Assembly: GCA_028277945.1 (NCBI GenBank)
Contig: JANQFH010000024.1
Coordinates: forward strand, 102,917 to 166,916
DNA length: 64,000 nucleotides
Direction of reading: 5' to 3'
Origin: Oligoflexia bacterium
GTDB taxonomy: Bacteria; Bdellovibrionota_G; JANQFH01
Below are positions 8,976 through 17,516 of this stretch, piece after piece; within the stretch, counting starts at the first letter, position 1; each line of letters opens with the position of its first letter. The translations under genes were made by a program, and so were the position numbers. The notes under the pieces were generated by a model that was given only the letters and a program-made list of their open reading frames with translations, had not been told where the DNA came from and searched no databases.

Positions 8976-9596
8976 GTGGAGTTGGTAAACGACTTGCAGC
9001 TGCAGGAGCTCTGCCTAGCACTAGAGACGACGATGTCGTTGGGTAAACCCTGTTACTACGTCAAGAGCTGCACCTCAACCAATGACATCGTAAACAAACT
9101 TGGTGAAGCTGGAGCGCCTGAGGGCTTGGTGGTTGTTGCTGAGAGCATGACTCATGGCCGTGGCCGGCGTGGTCACAGCTGGTTTAACAACGCCGATAGC
9201 CTGCAGTTTTCTATGCTGCTGCGCCCACCCAGTGAGCTCGAAGACCTACCCTTTCTCAACGTGCTCGTCGCCTATGCCGTTTTAAAAGTATTGTACGGTC
9301 TGTATCGGCTGCCACTGCTGCTTAAGTGGCCGAACGATCTGCTCATCGGCCAACGTAAGCTCTGCGGTGTGATGAGTGAGATGCGTACCTCCGGCGACAA
9401 CAGCAACTTTGTGGTGATGGGCTGTGGTCTTAATCTCAACAACCGCGCCGACGCCTTTCCTGCTGAGCTCAAGAGCGTGGCAACCAGCGTCTTTGCGGAG
9501 ACCGGTCAGTCCACTGACAAGGAGCACCTCTTAACTAAATTGTTTCCCATCATCTCTACCCTCTATACGGGCTACCTAAAACAGGAACCGGCTTAG
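8976..9596 (+). CDS. birA: Biotin--[acetyl-CoA-carboxylase] ligase, short form (no HTH, apparently no C-terminal domain)
   Basis: It has the BPL signature GRGRRGHSW and KWPNDLL, with a GTG start. At 206 aa it is shorter than usual. Confidence 0.75.
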   Translation: MELVNDLQLQELCLALETTMSLGKPCYYVKSCTSTNDIVNKLGEAGAPEGLVVVAESMTHGRGRRGHSWFNNADSLQFSMLLRPPSELEDLPFLNVLVAYAVLKVLYGLYRLPLLLKWPNDLLIGQRKLCGVMSEMRTSGDNSNFVVMGCGLNLNNRADAFPAELKSVATSVFAETGQSTDKEHLLTKLFPIISTLYTGYLKQEPA

Positions 9597-9785
9597 AGAT
9601 TTCGATGCATCTGTGTAAGGTTTTCATGGCAAGCCTGGGGAGCCATGCGTGCAAGCAGACTTCAGTCAATTTAATGTAATTATTTTAAATAGTTGTGACG
9701 AAGTAGCCTGCATGACAGTATGGCATCTCTCTTGCTAGTAATATCGGTGGACATGGGAGTCTCGCCGAGAAAAGAGGAATCACGG

Positions 9786-12377
9786 ATGCTGCTTCAGCAA
9801 CCTAGGCATGGCAGAGTTCTCACCCTGCTGATGATCTTGCCACTGTTTGTCCTGCTGCAGCTAACCCCTCCTGCTTCAATGGCCAGCAGTAGTAATTGGC
9901 GCGATCAATTGAGTAAAATGTATCCAAGACTCTATGAGCAGCTATTTGAAAAGCAAGGAGATGACATTTATCGATACCGCGAGCTTATTGATCTTATCGA
10001 TGACTATCCTAAAGAGTACCGCGACAAATTATTTCAGGATGAAGATCCTCTCGAAGACCTTATTGAGGATTATGATGAGTACAAGGCTTGGCTAGAGGAA
10101 AATCAAGATCTCAAACCAAAACATTACAGCTCTCCAGTAACTCGCGATGGTGTCATCAGATATCTGGAAGAGCGCCGTGAGCAGGGGAATGCAAAAGAGC
10201 AGTATGATCGACGCAGCAGATTCTTCGATAGTGGGTGGTTGACCGAAGCAAGAGTAGAGTTGTTGGAGTACTTTCGCGAGCACTGGGCCTATGAACAAAG
10301 CGATCAGGCTCCGAAAATGGCGATGTCGTCACCTCTAGAGGAAGATAGTTCAGACCAAGATAGTAGAGCGTTTGGCCGCTTTAGCTTCAAAGCAGATTTT
10401 GACCATGATCACCTATCGACGCCGGCAGATAAGGAGCTTTATCGTATGGAGGAGACTGCGGCTTCCTTTGAGGCGTCTTATAAATGGCTAAAGGTCAATA
10501 GAGCAAAAGACCTGCCGGAGTTGACTGTTGTTGAATTCAAAGAGAGCGGCATTCGTAACAACGACCCTACTGTAAAATTTCGTGAGGTTCTGATGGAGCC
10601 GATCTTACCTCATCTGCCAGCACTGATTATGCTCTATCGAGATTCCGAAGGTGATCCTAAGAGTACGGAAGTTCGCACGCATGTGAGGCAACTGCTGCGC
10701 AGTCTCTTGGCAAATAAGCTTGTAAAGCTAGCCTATCAAATATGGAAAGAGATGTTGGGTGCTTACTTACCTGTGGTAGAGACCTTTGCTCTCTATCCGG
10801 GATTTCTTCCAAGGTCGTGGCTTTTTGTTTCTCTGAATGAGGAGCCGCAGCTCGAGCTCATTCAAGGAGATAAAGGGGAGTGGCCGGACCTTTTGGGTAG
10901 CATTCCTGCCTTTTTGCGTCTGGTTCTCGGCAAGGAGAGAGATAGGAAGAGAAGCCTCACTGCAAAGGAGGTCTTTTGGCAAAGCCTTCCTCTCCACCCT
11001 GGCGAGGAGGAGCTTGCACGCATTGATGAGGAGCTGTCAGCTCATCTTGCACAAATGGATGAGGTAAATTGGGAATCGCTTGAAAAGATTTTGGCTTCCA
11101 CTCCAGAAGCGGATTTGCACGAGGCCATCCAATCTCTGTTTGGAGGGTCGAATCTACGTGGGCTTACCGGGCGCAACCTAGCTGCCTATGAGAGTTACAA
11201 AGGTGGTGAACAGCAGCTGTTAGGCGGGACTAATGCAGGCGGGTGGTATCGTCCCGCAGCGAGCTACCTCCTTACTGAAATAGATTATTCTTATAGAGAT
11301 TTTTTAGAGGAACAGCAGAAATACACGAAAGAAGGTTTAGTAGAAGCTTACCCGCAAGTATCGGATCCCACGGCAGCAAAGGACGAGAGACCAAGCCTGA
11401 ATTACGCCGCAAACCTTGAGCTGTTTGCTAGATTTATCCAGGTGAAAGATTCCATTCTAAGCAGTGGTTGTTTATCATCAACAGATGATCCGGTGCTTAC
11501 GTGGCAAAATACTTTTATGCAGCAGACTGATCATATGGAACCCTACCAGCGCAGGCGCTGGCTTGACCTCGAAGACGCTTTTCACTACGTAGGCTCGTCT
11601 GAGGAGGAGGATGAAACCATTGCTGAGTTGCTCGAACCACCAAGTTATTCTTCTTCGATACATACGATTCTTTTTGGGCGACCTGGCGGTTGGGCTGCAG
11701 AGAGACGATTAGGAGGCGATGCGGCAAAGGTTGCGCAATGGGCGCATGGCTACAGGGAAGCCGTCAATCAGAGAAACATACAACGGGCCGCGGAGTTTGT
11801 TGAAGAAAGGGGAAAGAAGACGGATGAACTGCGAAAACAGCATGAGTCTCTGTTATTTCAATATCGCAGGCTGCAGAGAGAGTGTGATGAATTCAACGAA
11901 AACTACTATAAGGCCGAAGAGGATGGAGAAGAGTCAGAGGCAGAAAGAGATCGAGATGCTCTCGTTGATGAGTTAGGCGCTTGTATCGCTCAGTTAGATA
12001 AAGTTCAAAGCAAGTTAGAAGAGGTAAGGCGGCATCTTTGGGACCAGTTGGTCGGTGTCGACGGACTCTACATCTACTATCTTCTGGCAAACAGACTTCC
12101 CTTTGATGAAGAACATTACAACTGGGGAGATGCAGATCCACAAGCGGCGGCCTTTCTGCGGGAGCAGTGGGCCGAGAGTCCTGAAGTGAAGTTGGCTACG
12201 GCTTTTGTCGACCAACTCAATACCATGATCTTTATGAGTTATTTCGACATCAATTTAGACGGTTATGCTGACTTTAACGATTTAAATATCTATAGGCGTA
12301 AGGTTGACTCCGTAGACTACCGACACTGGCATAGAAACCGCTCTGCTGATTTTTACGACTCGCGGCGTTCAAAGTGA
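9786..12377 (+). CDS. Hypothetical secreted acidic helical protein (864 aa from ATG 9786)
   Basis: The ATG at 9786 is preceded by AAGAGGA. Signal peptide MLLQQPRHGRVLTLLMILPLFVLLQLTPPASMA. The protein is very D/E-rich with coiled-coil-like stretches. A C-terminal DINLDGYADFND loop resembles an EF-hand or dockerin Ca loop. No family recognised. Confidence 0.6.
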   Translation: MLLQQPRHGRVLTLLMILPLFVLLQLTPPASMASSSNWRDQLSKMYPRLYEQLFEKQGDDIYRYRELIDLIDDYPKEYRDKLFQDEDPLEDLIEDYDEYKAWLEENQDLKPKHYSSPVTRDGVIRYLEERREQGNAKEQYDRRSRFFDSGWLTEARVELLEYFREHWAYEQSDQAPKMAMSSPLEEDSSDQDSRAFGRFSFKADFDHDHLSTPADKELYRMEETAASFEASYKWLKVNRAKDLPELTVVEFKESGIRNNDPTVKFREVLMEPILPHLPALIMLYRDSEGDPKSTEVRTHVRQLLRSLLANKLVKLAYQIWKEMLGAYLPVVETFALYPGFLPRSWLFVSLNEEPQLELIQGDKGEWPDLLGSIPAFLRLVLGKERDRKRSLTAKEVFWQSLPLHPGEEELARIDEELSAHLAQMDEVNWESLEKILASTPEADLHEAIQSLFGGSNLRGLTGRNLAAYESYKGGEQQLLGGTNAGGWYRPAASYLLTEIDYSYRDFLEEQQKYTKEGLVEAYPQVSDPTAAKDERPSLNYAANLELFARFIQVKDSILSSGCLSSTDDPVLTWQNTFMQQTDHMEPYQRRRWLDLEDAFHYVGSSEEEDETIAELLEPPSYSSSIHTILFGRPGGWAAERRLGGDAAKVAQWAHGYREAVNQRNIQRAAEFVEERGKKTDELRKQHESLLFQYRRLQRECDEFNENYYKAEEDGEESEAERDRDALVDELGACIAQLDKVQSKLEEVRRHLWDQLVGVDGLYIYYLLANRLPFDEEHYNWGDADPQAAAFLREQWAESPEVKLATAFVDQLNTMIFMSYFDINLDGYADFNDLNIYRRKVDSVDYRHWHRNRSADFYDSRRSK

Positions 12378-12401
12378 GGATTGACCTTAGCGACGTCGTG
12401 C

Positions 12402-12429
12402 TTGACATGTTGTGGCTGTGGACTACATT
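12402..12429 (+). promoter_or_regulatory. Candidate sigma70-type promoter for the EF-G paralog
   Basis: TTGACA (12402-12407), a 16-nt spacer, then TACATT (12424-12429). Motif-only call. Confidence 0.35.
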
Positions 12430-12493
12430 CTCATGATCGAGGCCAGCTCACCCCGCCGGGAAAGGCCTTAAAATCCAACCTGTTACAAAGGAA

Positions 12494-14584
12494 GTGTGCA
12501 TGGCAGCGCAAGCTTCAGATTCTCTGATCAACTTTGGTCTCTTCGGTCACCACGGTGCTGGTAAGACCTCACTGGCTGAGGCCATTCTCTACACCAGTAA
12601 AGCCATCGGCCGGCTCGGCACGGTAGAGGAGTCAACCACGGTGATGGATTTTGAGCCGGAAGAGAAGCAACACAAGATGAGTCTCTCAAGCGGCTTTTTT
12701 CATTTTAATTGGAAAAAACAGGAGCTCAACCTTCTCGACACGCCAGGAGAGAGCAACTTCTTTGCTGATGCCAGAGGTTGTATGCAGGCGGTAGAGACCG
12801 CGGTTGTTGTGGTCGATGGTGTCGACAGTTTTAAGGTAAACGCTGAAAAGTCCCTGGTGCTATCCAAAGAACTTAACCTCTCCCGCGCCCTGGTGATCAA
12901 TCGGCTCGATAAAGATCGCGCTGACTTTGACCGCGTATTTGCGGATGCCGTCAACCTAGGCAAAGAGCTTGGCATAACCTTTGTACCCGTGACCCTGCCG
13001 ATTGGCGCTGGCGCCAATCTAGAGGGCATGGTCGACTTAGTAGCGATGCAAGCCTATGGTTTTAAACCGGGCGACAGTGGGGAACTTGAGAAAAGAGAGC
13101 TGCCAGAGAGTGCGAGCAAGTATCGCGACAAGCTGGTTGAAGCCGTGGCAGAGACAGACGATGCCTTGACGGAAAAGTATCTCGAAGCAGGAGATCTTAC
13201 CGCCGAGGAGCTTACAGGTGGGCTGCGTCAGGGTATTGTCAGTGGCCTGTTGGCGCCGGTGTTTGCGACCGCAGCAACCAACAACTGGGGCACCCCACTC
13301 TTCCTAGATTACATTGCAGAGTTCTTTCCCAAGCCGACAGAAAAGCAGCATGTGCTCAAGGTCGATGGCGACAATGTCGTGCCTCTGGAAGGCAAAGAGG
13401 GTGATCCCTTTTGCGGTCTTGTCGTCAAGACCTTGGTCGACCCCTATGCAGGACACCTTTCGGTGTTGCGCGTTTTTGCCGGCCATCTCGACCACGCCTC
13501 CACAGTTTATAACAGTAACAGGAGGCACAAAGAGCGGGTGGGCAACATACTGCGTCTCAAAGGCGACAAACAGGATACTATCCCCTCCTGCGGATTTGGC
13601 GATATTGTCGCGCTTCCTAAGCTCAAATCCACGGCCACGGGAGATACCCTGTGTGATGAAAAACAGCACCTGCAGCTCAAGTCCCTACCGCCGACGCCAG
13701 GTGTGATTGCCTTTGTCATTAGACCAAAGACCAAAGGTGAAGAGGATAAAGTGGGTCAAGGGCTGCATCGGCTGCAGGAAGAGGATCCGACCTTGGTGTT
13801 GGGTCGCGATGAACAGACAAAAGAGGTTTTGGTAACGGGTATGGGTCAGATGCACGTTGAGATTACGGTGGAAAAACTCAAACGCAAGTTTGGCGTTGAG
13901 GTTGAGCTGCAGACACCCAAGGTTCCCTACCGCGAGACGATCAACGGCACCACAAAAATACAGGGTAAGTATAAAAAGCAGACCGGTGGTCGGGGTCAAT
14001 ATGGGGATTGCTGGTTAGAGCTGGCACCGCTTGTGCGCGGCAAGGGGTTTGAGTTTGTCAACAAGATTGTCGGCGGGGCGATTCCCAGACAGTATATACC
14101 TGCAGTGGAAAAGGGCATTGTCGAGGCGATGCAGAATGGCGCTATGGCTGGTTATCCCGTGGTCGATGTTAAAGTGACGCTATATGATGGCTCCTATCAC
14201 GATGTCGACTCGTCAGAGATGGCGTTCAAAATTGCCGGTTCCATGGCTTTTAAAAAAGGTGTTCTCGAAGCGAAACCGGTTTTGCTAGAACCTGTCATGC
14301 ACGTTGAGATTACCGTTCCTGAAGAGAACATGGGCGATGTTATGGGAGATATCAACAGTCGACGTGGCCGTGTTCTTGGTATGGAACAAAAGGGCCACAC
14401 ACAACTGATCCGTGCACAGGTGCCGATGGCCGAGGTACTTACCTATGCCCCTGACCTTAAGTCGATGACAGCTGGACGTGGTTCGTTTATCATGGAGTTT
14501 GATCATTATGACCAGCTGCCAGCGCACTTAAAGGAGAAGGTTGTGGCTGCTAGCCAAAAAGATAGAGCAACAGACGAGAGTTAA
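12494..14584 (+). CDS. Elongation factor G-like translational GTPase (divergent paralog)
   Basis: 696 aa with a five-domain EF-G layout. G1 is GHHGAGKTS, G3 is DTPGESNF and G4 is NRLD. The C-terminal half is typical of EF-G (GQMHVEI, KKQTGGRGQYG, YHDVDSSEMAF). Start is 12494 (GTG) or 12500 (ATG). Confidence 0.85.
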   Translation: MCMAAQASDSLINFGLFGHHGAGKTSLAEAILYTSKAIGRLGTVEESTTVMDFEPEEKQHKMSLSSGFFHFNWKKQELNLLDTPGESNFFADARGCMQAVETAVVVVDGVDSFKVNAEKSLVLSKELNLSRALVINRLDKDRADFDRVFADAVNLGKELGITFVPVTLPIGAGANLEGMVDLVAMQAYGFKPGDSGELEKRELPESASKYRDKLVEAVAETDDALTEKYLEAGDLTAEELTGGLRQGIVSGLLAPVFATAATNNWGTPLFLDYIAEFFPKPTEKQHVLKVDGDNVVPLEGKEGDPFCGLVVKTLVDPYAGHLSVLRVFAGHLDHASTVYNSNRRHKERVGNILRLKGDKQDTIPSCGFGDIVALPKLKSTATGDTLCDEKQHLQLKSLPPTPGVIAFVIRPKTKGEEDKVGQGLHRLQEEDPTLVLGRDEQTKEVLVTGMGQMHVEITVEKLKRKFGVEVELQTPKVPYRETINGTTKIQGKYKKQTGGRGQYGDCWLELAPLVRGKGFEFVNKIVGGAIPRQYIPAVEKGIVEAMQNGAMAGYPVVDVKVTLYDGSYHDVDSSEMAFKIAGSMAFKKGVLEAKPVLLEPVMHVEITVPEENMGDVMGDINSRRGRVLGMEQKGHTQLIRAQVPMAEVLTYAPDLKSMTAGRGSFIMEFDHYDQLPAHLKEKVVAASQKDRATDES

Positions 14585-14627
14585 GTTGGTCTGTTAACAA
14601 GCAATCGCCACTGGCCAAAGTTATTCC

Positions 14628-15731
14628 ATGTCCTCTGTCCCGGACTATAAGGTCAAAATACCACCTGAGATCGTCAAGTTTCTTGATAAGGCTGCACCCA
14701 AAGATGCCAAGCTTCTTGCTGCTCGGGGTTTGGTACCCATGGCGCCGGATGTACTGATTACGGCGCTGTTTTTGCTATCTGGCGATAGCGATGCTGAGGT
14801 TCGCGATACAGCAAAAAAGAGCCTCTTGGGACAGCCAGAAACCGCCTTAATCAATCTACTCAAGCAACCCTGCCATGCCAAGGTCCTCGACTTTTACGCA
14901 AAAACAAAAATGGATAACAGCACTATTATCGAGGCCATTCTTCTCAACCGCTATACCCCTGATGAAACCTTTGTCTATTTGGCACCGCAGGTTGGTGAGC
15001 AGCTGCTTACAATTATCGCCAACAACCAAGAACGGCTACTACGTTGCCCTAAGATTGGTGAGAGCCTGCGCAAAAATCCACAAGCATCCCAGTCTGTGAT
15101 TGATCGTATGGTCTCCTTTTTGCGTTTGAATGGCATCATTCTCGAAGGCGTTAGCGAAGAGCTTACCAGAGAAGAGATCCAACAGATTATGGCCGAGGAT
15201 GACCAGCTACTGATCGCGGCGATCTATAACGAAGATGAAGACGATAGCCTAGAAAACCTCTCTATCTCCCTGCTTCAGGAGGAAGATGATGAAGATCTGA
15301 CCAAAGAGGGAGTAAGTCTCGATGATCGGCAGATCTTGAAGAAACTTTCAGAGCTCACAGTTGCAGAAAAGATCAAGCTGGCGATCAAGGGAAACAGAGA
15401 GGTGCGTACGGTACTGATCAAGGATCCCAACAAGCTCATCTGTACGGCTGTCATCAAGAGTCCAAAGATCAAGGACAATGAAGTGATCAGCATTGCCCAG
15501 ATGCGCAGCGTTCATGACGAGATACTACGCTTGATCGCCAGAAATCCCGAGTGGACGAAAAATTACCAAATCAAGAGCTCACTAGTTAACAATCCCAAGT
15601 GTCCCATTCCTGTGGCGGTACAGTTTATCAAGCACCTGCGCGTCAACGACCTTGGTATGCTGTCTAAGAATCGCAATGTCTCACAGCAGGTGCGCCGCTT
15701 TGCCAGGCAGCTCTACAATCAGAAGCGCTAG
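14628..15731 (+). CDS. Hypothetical protein with HEAT/ARM-like repeats and an acidic central segment
   Basis: 367 aa, 43 nt downstream of the EF-G paralog. It has a HEAT-like LSGDSDAEVRDTAKKSLLG motif and an acidic DEDDSLENLSISLLQEEDDEDL stretch. No family recognised. Confidence 0.55.
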   Translation: MSSVPDYKVKIPPEIVKFLDKAAPKDAKLLAARGLVPMAPDVLITALFLLSGDSDAEVRDTAKKSLLGQPETALINLLKQPCHAKVLDFYAKTKMDNSTIIEAILLNRYTPDETFVYLAPQVGEQLLTIIANNQERLLRCPKIGESLRKNPQASQSVIDRMVSFLRLNGIILEGVSEELTREEIQQIMAEDDQLLIAAIYNEDEDDSLENLSISLLQEEDDEDLTKEGVSLDDRQILKKLSELTVAEKIKLAIKGNREVRTVLIKDPNKLICTAVIKSPKIKDNEVISIAQMRSVHDEILRLIARNPEWTKNYQIKSSLVNNPKCPIPVAVQFIKHLRVNDLGMLSKNRNVSQQVRRFARQLYNQKR

Positions 15732-15850
15732 CATTTTAGGCGCCTATCAACGCAACACGTCATCTACAGCCTAGTGTTTTGGCGCACAACCACTGTCGCA
15801 AAGTTCAAGGTAGTGATCTTAATTTTTGTTCTCCACTCTTCGTTAGCGAT

Positions 15851-16062
15851 GGTACGACAACCTGAGAGAAAATAAAGCGCAGGAGGCCCTTGCAAAGCGA
15901 CCGAGCGATTTACTCGCGAGGGAGCGCAGAGCTCGAGAGCATCGCAAAGGCATTAAAAACTATGGTCGATGCGAGTAGCACCCCTAAAGTCTTTGCGGGC
16001 TCTCGAAATAATCGTCCGACGAGCCATTCGCCGAAGGCTGGTTGGGCACGTCCTATAGAAGT
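15851..16062 (+). repeat. Composite repeat, copy B: shell halves (15851-15885 and 16018-16062) flanking the core (15891-16007)
   Basis: The left half AACCTGAG..AATAAAGCGCAG and the right half GAGCCAT.C.CCGAAG..TGGTTGG.CACG match the copy A shell at about 80%. The core matches the reverse complement of 6010..6126 at 105/117. Confidence 0.8.
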
Positions 16063-16140
16063 GACGTTAAACGTAGAAAGAATTTACAAAACATGGGTGG
16101 GCCACTAGACTAGGCTTCAGCTTACCAAGGTAGGGTTATC

Positions 16141-16863
16141 GTGATGACAAAACGGCAGCGACAAAAAGAACTTAGCCAGCCCGATAGGTTTCATCTGATC
16201 ATCGATAGATTGCACGAGAGTCTTGTGCAGCATCGCAGCGAGATCCTCTTTGCCTTTGTGGCGTTGTTGGTGCTGATCGGTCTTGGTGTTGGCGTTGTTG
16301 CCTGGATGGATAGTCGCGAGCGGCGTGCCTTGGATATGCTGGAAGCCATTGAGTTGGACTACAACGCCTACTTTGAAGCGGGGAATGATGAAGAGAGAGA
16401 AGTCGATGTTACCCATCTCATCACCCGACTCGATGAGCTGGCGCAACAAAGGGGCAGTACCAAGGCAGGCGGGCTGGCCTTCTTTTATCTCGGTGAGCTC
16501 TATTACCAAGAAGAGCGCTATGAAGACGCTGTTGCTGCCTATCAAGGTTATCTAAACAAACTGCCAAAAAAATCTCCCTATCGCGCTTGGGTGTTGACAA
16601 ATATAGGCTACAGTTATGAGGCGTTGTCCGATTTTGCGGCCGCAGCAGAGAGCTTTTTGGCTGTCGCACAGATGGCGGGTAATCCGCTGCAAGACGACGC
16701 CTATTTGAATACAGCGCGGGTGTTGGAAAAACAGAATAAGGTTGGTGAGGCACGTCAGTACTATCAACGCTTGATCGATGAGTTTCCGGACTCGCCGCAG
16801 GCACCCTTGGCACGCACCAAACTAGCGCTGTTAGCATCGAAAGAGGCTGCTGCTACTCCATGA
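16141..16863 (+). CDS. YfgM-like membrane-anchored TPR protein
   Basis: N-terminal basic segment, one TM helix (ILFAFVALLVLIGLGVGVVAW) and a TPR-like C-terminus. It sits upstream of a bamB-like gene, as in the enterobacterial yfgM-bamB arrangement. Confidence 0.6.
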   Translation: MMTKRQRQKELSQPDRFHLIIDRLHESLVQHRSEILFAFVALLVLIGLGVGVVAWMDSRERRALDMLEAIELDYNAYFEAGNDEEREVDVTHLITRLDELAQQRGSTKAGGLAFFYLGELYYQEERYEDAVAAYQGYLNKLPKKSPYRAWVLTNIGYSYEALSDFAAAAESFLAVAQMAGNPLQDDAYLNTARVLEKQNKVGEARQYYQRLIDEFPDSPQAPLARTKLALLASKEAAATP

Positions 16864-17516
16864 ATCCGTTTGCTCTGGCGCAACGTCGATGGATCTGTCT
16901 ATGGGTTTTTGCTAGCATGTTTTTGCCCGGGCTGTCCTATGGTTTTGATTCTCTCAGCAAGCAAGAGTCTTACCTAAACATTCGGCGTGGCCAGATGCTA
17001 TTGGGGTTCACTGCCGGCGCATTGATCAGTGATAGCGGGGTGACCAACAATGGCGAGGACTTTGGCTTTCGCCTCGGTTTTGGCTACTCTTTTACCCGTC
17101 GCTTGCGGCTTGAGTTCATCTATCAGTTTTCGGTCATTCCTTTTGAATCACCCGATCCCCTCAGTAGTGGCACAAGACAGACGAACTTTCATTTCAACAG
17201 TGAGACCTTCCGTCTAGTCTATCGCTACGACCGCTCCAAGCTCATTCCCTATGGTTTTTTGGGTTTAGGGTTGTATCAGCTCAGTGGCATCAGCTCCAAT
17301 ACTGGGCTCGATTTTTCTACGGATGTGCATATGCCCGCGGGTCTTGGTATAGAGACCTACCTCTATAAAGACCGCTTTTCTTTGGCGCTCGAGTACGCCT
17401 ACCATTTCATGTTTGATGAGAACCAAGACAGTGGTGTTCTCAACTTGCTGAGCTTAGATGAAGTTTCCTTCGACATCCACATAGCAACCTTACAAATCTA
17501 TTGGCATCTGTTTTGA
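16860..17516 (+). CDS. Putative outer-membrane beta-barrel protein
   Basis: It has a signal peptide, alternating aromatic/hydrophobic strands (FGFRLGFGYSF, LEFIYQF, LALEYAYHF) and a C-terminal Phe (YWHLF). Its ATGA start overlaps the upstream stop. Confidence 0.5.
   Translation: MNPFALAQRRWICLWVFASMFLPGLSYGFDSLSKQESYLNIRRGQMLLGFTAGALISDSGVTNNGEDFGFRLGFGYSFTRRLRLEFIYQFSVIPFESPDPLSSGTRQTNFHFNSETFRLVYRYDRSKLIPYGFLGLGLYQLSGISSNTGLDFSTDVHMPAGLGIETYLYKDRFSLALEYAYHFMFDENQDSGVLNLLSLDEVSFDIHIATLQIYWHLF

Noticed and set aside
12220-12300. EF-hand call for DINLDGYADFND in the 885-aa protein
   Set aside because: Position 4 of the loop is Leu, which the strict EF-hand pattern as I remember it excludes, and only one loop is present. 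It is kept only as a weak Ca-loop-like remark.
15890-16108. 72-aa ORF whose product resembles part of the minus-strand ORF 5807..6232 (MQSDRAI.S.GSAELESIAKALKT...), suggesting a duplicated small protein gene
   Set aside because: The similarity is explained by the 117-nt DNA repeat. About 9 of the 12 nucleotide differences would be non-synonymous. The two ORFs have unrelated N- and C-terminal continuations, and one runs antisense into the response-regulator gene. I treat it as a non-coding repeat.
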